Origin: Lama guanicoe
Lineage: Eukaryota
Direction: 5' to 3'
Length of the DNA stretch: 64,000 bases
NCBI GenBank assembly: GCA_013239625.1
Contig: MU054466.1
Span: 62,001 to 126,000, forward strand
Shown: piece by piece, positions 59,601-64,000 of the stretch
Layout: each line of letters opens with the position of its first letter
How positions within the stretch are numbered: position 1 is the first letter of the stretch
Program-made: the position numbers and the translations under genes
The notes under the pieces: model-generated
Database searches by the model: none
What the model was told of the DNA's origin: nothing
Seen by the model: the letters and a program-made list of their open reading frames with translations, nothing else

Positions 59601-60189
59601 CAGACAGGAGCTTGGCAGTTTTCCTTCAAGAAATGGAATTACCTTCCCAGGGCAAAGGAAGGCCGCCGTGTGGGCCCTGGTGTCTGCAGCGCAGATCTGA
59701 CATTAGAGGGTCAATGCCCTCGGGCAGCTCTGAAGAGCCAGCCTTGCTGAGCTGTGATTTACCTGCAGTCTGCACACCCGTTGTTAAGTGTCCGTTCAAC
59801 AAGTGCTCGCCGTGTGACAACCAGGACAGGACTTCCCTGTTGCCCAGGGTCCCCCGTGCCTCTTCGCAGGCAGGGAGCACCCCCCAGCCCGGCCACCGGC
59901 CGTCTGCTCTCTGCTGCCTGCGGGGAGGTTGGTCTTTCTGAGCTGTGTGTGTGTGGTGAGCCTCGCGGCAGCGCTCTTTCTGGTCCGGCTGCTCTCCTCA
60001 TGTCCCCGAGGCTCTTCGTGTCGTGGGGTCCGGAGCTGGTTCCTTCCCGCCAGTGCTGCCATTCCCCGGTGCACATCCCGGACTCGCGGGTTGCTTCCAG
60101 TTTGGGACTTCTCTCTGGGTTGCGACCAGGGGCGGGGTTTCTGGCTATAAACCACGTGCCCCTTTCTCCACTGGCTGTCTTGGTTCCAG

Positions 60190-60291
60190 GAGCTGCTGCA
60201 GGAGTTTGCGTCAGAAATGCAGAAGCGGGAGCACGAGTTCCGCCTGCAGGCCGACAGCATGAGCAGCGCGGTGCTGGCGCAGGAGCTCAAG
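60190..60291 (+). CDS. CCDC57: CCDC57 coding exon 3
   Basis: ttccag|GAG...AAG|gtagcg; 102 nt; ELLQEFASEMQKREHEFRLQADSMSSAVLAQELK. Confidence 0.94.
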
Positions 60292-61394
60292 GTAGCGGGC
60301 ACCCTCGGGCCGTGACGGCGTCCGTGTCTGCAGGGAGGCGGCCTGCAAGTTAGGGTTCACGCGAAGGCCTGCTCCTTCCTGCATGGGCCGGGGTCTCTGC
60401 CACGTGGAGCCGGGGTGACGTGCAGGTGACACACTTGCCACTCTGCCCGCCAGGAGGGCGCTGGTGCCACCCGTCTGCAGCCAGTTAGCCCGACCTTGGG
60501 AGGGTGCCTCCCCGGGAAAAACTGCCCCTCTGACCCCAGCTGATGCCCGGGACCCTGCAAAGCCTGTCCGTAGCCTGTGTCCTCCCGTGACGCCCCGAAT
60601 GGGCCTGTGAGGAGGTGCCACTGGTCCCGGAGGAGTAACATGGGAGGGCCTCCTGGTTTCTCAGTTGGTGCTTGGGCTGTGGTGCCAGCCGCCTCTCCTT
60701 GAACACGGCTCTAGAGCCCTGCCGGGCTCCCGTGAGGAACATGTAGGCCTGACCTTTGGCCCTGAGACAAGGCCCGGCCTCAAGGGGAAGGGGGCCTGTG
60801 CAGGAGGATGGGGAGTGGCGGTGACACTTGCCGGGCCCTGCTGGCCCCAGCTGGTTACACCTGGCAGCATCCAGCCAGATGTTTGCAAGCTAGACACTCA
60901 GCCCTTGTGATCAGCAAGGGCCCCTCCGCCAGGCCACCTGAATCCCCCCAGGGGGGCTGCTCCCCCAACCCCGACCCCAGGGCCAGCAGGACCTTGAGGC
61001 TGGAGCTGCCCCACAGTGCCCCCTTGAGGCCACTTCGGGGACTACTGACCACCACAGCCTAGGGCACCCCTTTCAGAGGAGGGGAGGAGTGGCCAGGCCC
61101 CCCATCCGCTCTGGGTCGGCTTCGGTGCCCTGAGCACTGCCCCTCGAGGGCATCACGTGCAGGTGACACACTTGCCACTCAGTCAGCCCCAGGAGGGCTG
61201 ACTTGGCGCTGCGGCCTGTGTTCCCAGGAGACAGAGGCCCAGAGCAGCGGCTGGGGTGTGAGCTGCGTTCTTCCAGCCTCACCTGTAGGTGTGGGCTGGT
61301 GTTTGTGTGAACCTTGGACGCCCAGGGGCTCACACGCCCTGTTATTTTGTGCGGCCACAGGAGTCCGAGTCCAGTCTCACTGCTTTATTGCTTC

Positions 61395-61500
61395 TTGTTT
61401 TTTTTAATTGGAGCACGGTCGCTTACAACGTGTCAGTTTCTGGTGTGCAGCGCAGTGTCCCCGTCATGCACATACAGACATACCTTCGTTTTCATGTCTT
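61395..61500 (-). mobile_element. Short artiodactyl-type L1 3' end, antisense
   Basis: tttttaattggagcacggtcgcttacaacgtgtcagtttctggtgtgcagcgcagtg...catacagacataccttcgttttcat. Confidence 0.65.
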
Positions 61501-61615
61501 ACTGCTTCTTGAATCACAGCTTTTATTGTCTCAATCCTGGTAAAACGGTAAAGCTTACTTCTGACGGCTCCTCTTGTACCACTTACATCTGGTTTGAACC
61601 CTTTCCCTCTCAAAG

Positions 61616-61773
61616 GTTAAACTGTTGAACAAAGAGCTCGTGGCCCTGAGAGAGGCTGGCGCGAAGGCCGCGGAGTCCCTGCTGGGCGCTGAGGCGGCCA
61701 ACTCGGGGCTGGAGGAGCAGCTGCGGCGCAGAGACTGGGCGCTCAGGGACCTGGCCGCCGTGAAGGACGCCCG
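61616..61773 (+). CDS. CCDC57: CCDC57 coding exon 4
   Basis: tcaaag|GTT...CCCG|gtgcgc; 158 nt; VKLLNKELVALREAGAKAAESLLGAEAANSGLEEQLRRRDWALRDLAAVKDA. Confidence 0.93.
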
Positions 61774-61886
61774 GTGCGCAGCCCGCCCAGGCTGGGGGCC
61801 GTGTGGTGTGGTCTGGACGCTGGCCCACTTTGCTCTCGGCCGGCTTAGCCACTCTCGTCTTTCCCCTAACACTGGACTCTTTTCAG

Positions 61887-61961
61887 GATAAAAGAGCTGG
61901 AGGGTGAACTTCACTCTGTGCAGCTTACCAGGAGAAGAGAAGAGGAAGCACTGAGGAGGAA
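61887..61961 (+). CDS. CCDC57: CCDC57 coding exon 5
   Basis: tttcag|GATA...GGAA|gtgagt; 75 nt; (R)IKELEGELHSVQLTRRREEEALRR. Confidence 0.93.
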
Positions 61962-63050
61962 GTGAGTCTCTCTGGCGCCCGCTTCGGCCTGGGGAAAACA
62001 CCCCTGGTTCACCTCGGCGGCAGGGCCCAGCCTTTCTGCAGAGCCACTGCTGGATCAGGCCTGCTCCCTGGGAGTCTGCCTCCACCTTCCAGCTCAGATG
62101 AGCCTGCTTGTGTGTGTGTAGAGGGGGACGCCACTTCCCTGAGGGGCACAGAAGACGCCTTGTGAGTGAATCAGGGAAGCCCCCTGGGCTAAGAGCGTTC
62201 AGTGCCAATGCTCTCCTGTGTTGCAGCAGGGCGCCTAGGGCAGGGGCGCGCGCAGGCGCCCGGCCCCCGCGCACAGCCGCTTGCAGCCTGAGCGGCGTTG
62301 TCCACGGAGCCCCGGCGACCCGGGGCCTGCGCCCCTTGGCACGAGGAGGGCGCTTGCGCCCTGCGGCCTGGCTGTTTGCCTGCTGAAAACAACCAGCCGG
62401 CAGTCAGGACCCGCGTGGTTCAGAAATGACTCCCTTACCGCCCTCGTCTTCATGACCCAACCTTTCTTGAGATTTGGTGGAAAAAGTATATCCTGCTGGA
62501 AACTAGCGGGTACAGCACCTGGCGTGTGTGTCCTTTTTTGCTAACAGAAGGTGGAAAATACTGGACAAGACGAGGACTGGTTGTAACTGGGATGCGGGGT
62601 ACGTGGCGTGGCTGGGTGAGCAACGCTGCTGGGACTGGAGAGAAGTCACATAGCAGTGTCTTCTTAATGGCTTTTTCTTCTTAGTGAACCAAACAGAGTA
62701 AAAGCATCGAAAGCCACAAGCGTTGTCAGTCAGTTGCCAGCAACACCTAGCAGCTCGGTGTGTCATCCAGGTGGCCGTCGGCTCTGGTGACAGAGTTCCA
62801 ATGGGTTTGGCAGCTCCTGCAAGACAGACACGCAGCCAGCGGACTGCGTGGTGGAACGCTCGGAGTCTGGGGGGAGCGGCTGAGAGGAAGGGCCGTCTAC
62901 CCTGTGTTTTGCCCCTGCTGTTGGGGAGGCTGCTGGTGGCATTTCAGCAGAGCACCTGTTCGGGGGTCCATCTCCTGTGGGATGTGCTCCGGGGGCTGGC
63001 AGGGCCTGGTGTTTGCGGCTGCGCGGTGTCTGTGGAGAGAACGGGCCCAC

Positions 63051-63090
63051 AGAGTGCGACCGGTGGAGAGTGCGACCGGTGGAGGGTGCG
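63051..63090 (+). repeat. 16-bp tandem repeat (2.5 copies)
   Basis: agagtgcgaccggtgg x2 + agggtgcg. Confidence 0.9.
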
Positions 63091-63163
63091 CCCCTGCAGG
63101 GGCCTGGTGGTCGGGGGTCCCTAGCCGGGCCTGCTTGCTGCCCCGGGACCATGTGTGTTTCAG

Positions 63164-63364
63164 GCACAAGGAGCTGGACCGTCTGGCGAGGGAGAAGGAC
63201 ACGGTGCTGGCGGCGGCCAAGGGTGCCCACGTGGAGCAGCTGCAGGCGCTGGAGGCCAAGGTCCTGGAGCTGCAGTCTCACAGCGACAACCTGGAGGTGC
63301 AGCTCCGCAGGGCCGAGTGGAGGCAGGCAGACGTCGCCAAGGAGAAGGACGCCGCCATTGACAA
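63164..63364 (+). CDS. CCDC57: CCDC57 coding exon 6 (gene continues beyond the window)
   Basis: tttcag|GCAC...ACAA|gtgagc; 201 nt; (K)HKELDRLAREKDTVLAAAKGAHVEQLQALEAKVLELQSHSDNLEVQLRRAEWRQADVAKEKDAAID. Confidence 0.94.
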
Positions 63365-63477
63365 GTGAGCCCTGGTGTTTCCGCCATGGGGAAGTGGGCC
63401 CTGGGCAGCCGCTTTCCTTAACCATTCCTGTTTTCTTTTCTTTTTCTGAAACTGCGTAGCTGGTATGTGTGGACGTG

Positions 63478-64000
63478 TTTATTTGTGGTAAAATACACGG
63501 AGTGTAAAAGTGGCCATCTTAACCCTTGTCGGGTTCAGTGACATTAAGTACATTCACACTGGTGAGCAACCGTCACCCCATTCACCCCAGAACTCTTTTC
63601 TTTGTAAAACTGAAACTGTGCCCACTAAACAGTAACTTCCCGTCCCCTCCCCTGGCCCCCGGCACCCTCCTTTCTGTCTCTGAATTTGACTCCTGTAAGG
63701 ACCTTGTGCAGGTGGAGTCCTACACTCTGTCCTTCTGCGACTGGCTTGTTCCACTTGAAGTGGCGTCTTCAAGGTTCATCCCTGCTGATGCCGGTTTTTA
63801 AGGCTCGATAATATTCCGTTGTTTGTATGTAACTACATTGTGTCTCAGTGGCTCATCTGTTGGTGGATTTCGGTTGTTTCCACCTTTTGGCTGCCGTGCA
63901 CAGTGTTGCTGTGCATGTGGGTGTGAGATATCTGTTTAGGCCTCTCTCTGGTTCTTTTGGACGTACACCCAGACGTGGAGCTGCTGGATCACGTGGTGAT
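63478..64000 (-). mobile_element. L1MB-like 3' end, antisense (runs off the window)
   Basis: ttgtggtaaaatacac...ccatcttaacc...gttcagtgacattaagtacattcacact...aaactgaaactgtgcccactaaacagtaacttccc. Confidence 0.85.

Noticed and set aside
1-64000. Hundreds of 60-360 aa ORFs in the ORF track (e.g. 32054-33094, 32279-33304, 34385-35479, 44003-44995)
   Set aside because: Pro/Gly/Arg/Ala-rich, overlapping on both strands, with no recognisable domains; expected in very GC-rich DNA and CpG islands

Overview
This is a GC-rich mammalian genomic window with one assembly gap (N, 24054-24160). The SINE and L1 families suggest a camelid; the species call is my inference. Gene order is CSNK1D(+), SLC16A3(-), CCDC57(+), as in human 17q25.3. 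CSNK1D (casein kinase 1 delta) is present from coding exon 3 onward, with three alternative C-terminal exons (delta2 15640-15672, delta1 16730-16780, delta3 20955-21044). SLC16A3/MCT4 is complete (4 coding exons, 459 aa) with a CpG-island promoter carrying two HREs. CCDC57 is present from its CpG-island promoter (RFX X-box) through six coding exons. Introns carry L1, L2, MIR, SINE, MER58, MaLR and ERV fragments. There is no prokaryote-type system (CRISPR, operon), and most ORF-track ORFs are chance GC-rich frames. The best lead is a hypothesis about the tail-to-tail CSNK1D/SLC16A3 junction. The CK1delta3 terminal exon runs into the MCT4 3'UTR, and the expected proximal MCT4 poly(A) hexamer looks degenerate. 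The next canonical minus-strand AATAAA lies 45 nt from the main CSNK1D poly(A) signal, so hypoxia-inducible MCT4 RNA could cover the delta3 exon antisense. Other leads are a candidate retrocopy, an ERV LTR with a splice donor and an overlapping uORF in the CCDC57 leader, a mirtron-like hairpin, and a strong GC-biased substitution signature. Repeat family names and all comparisons to human sequence come from memory and need database confirmation; repeat boundaries are approximate.
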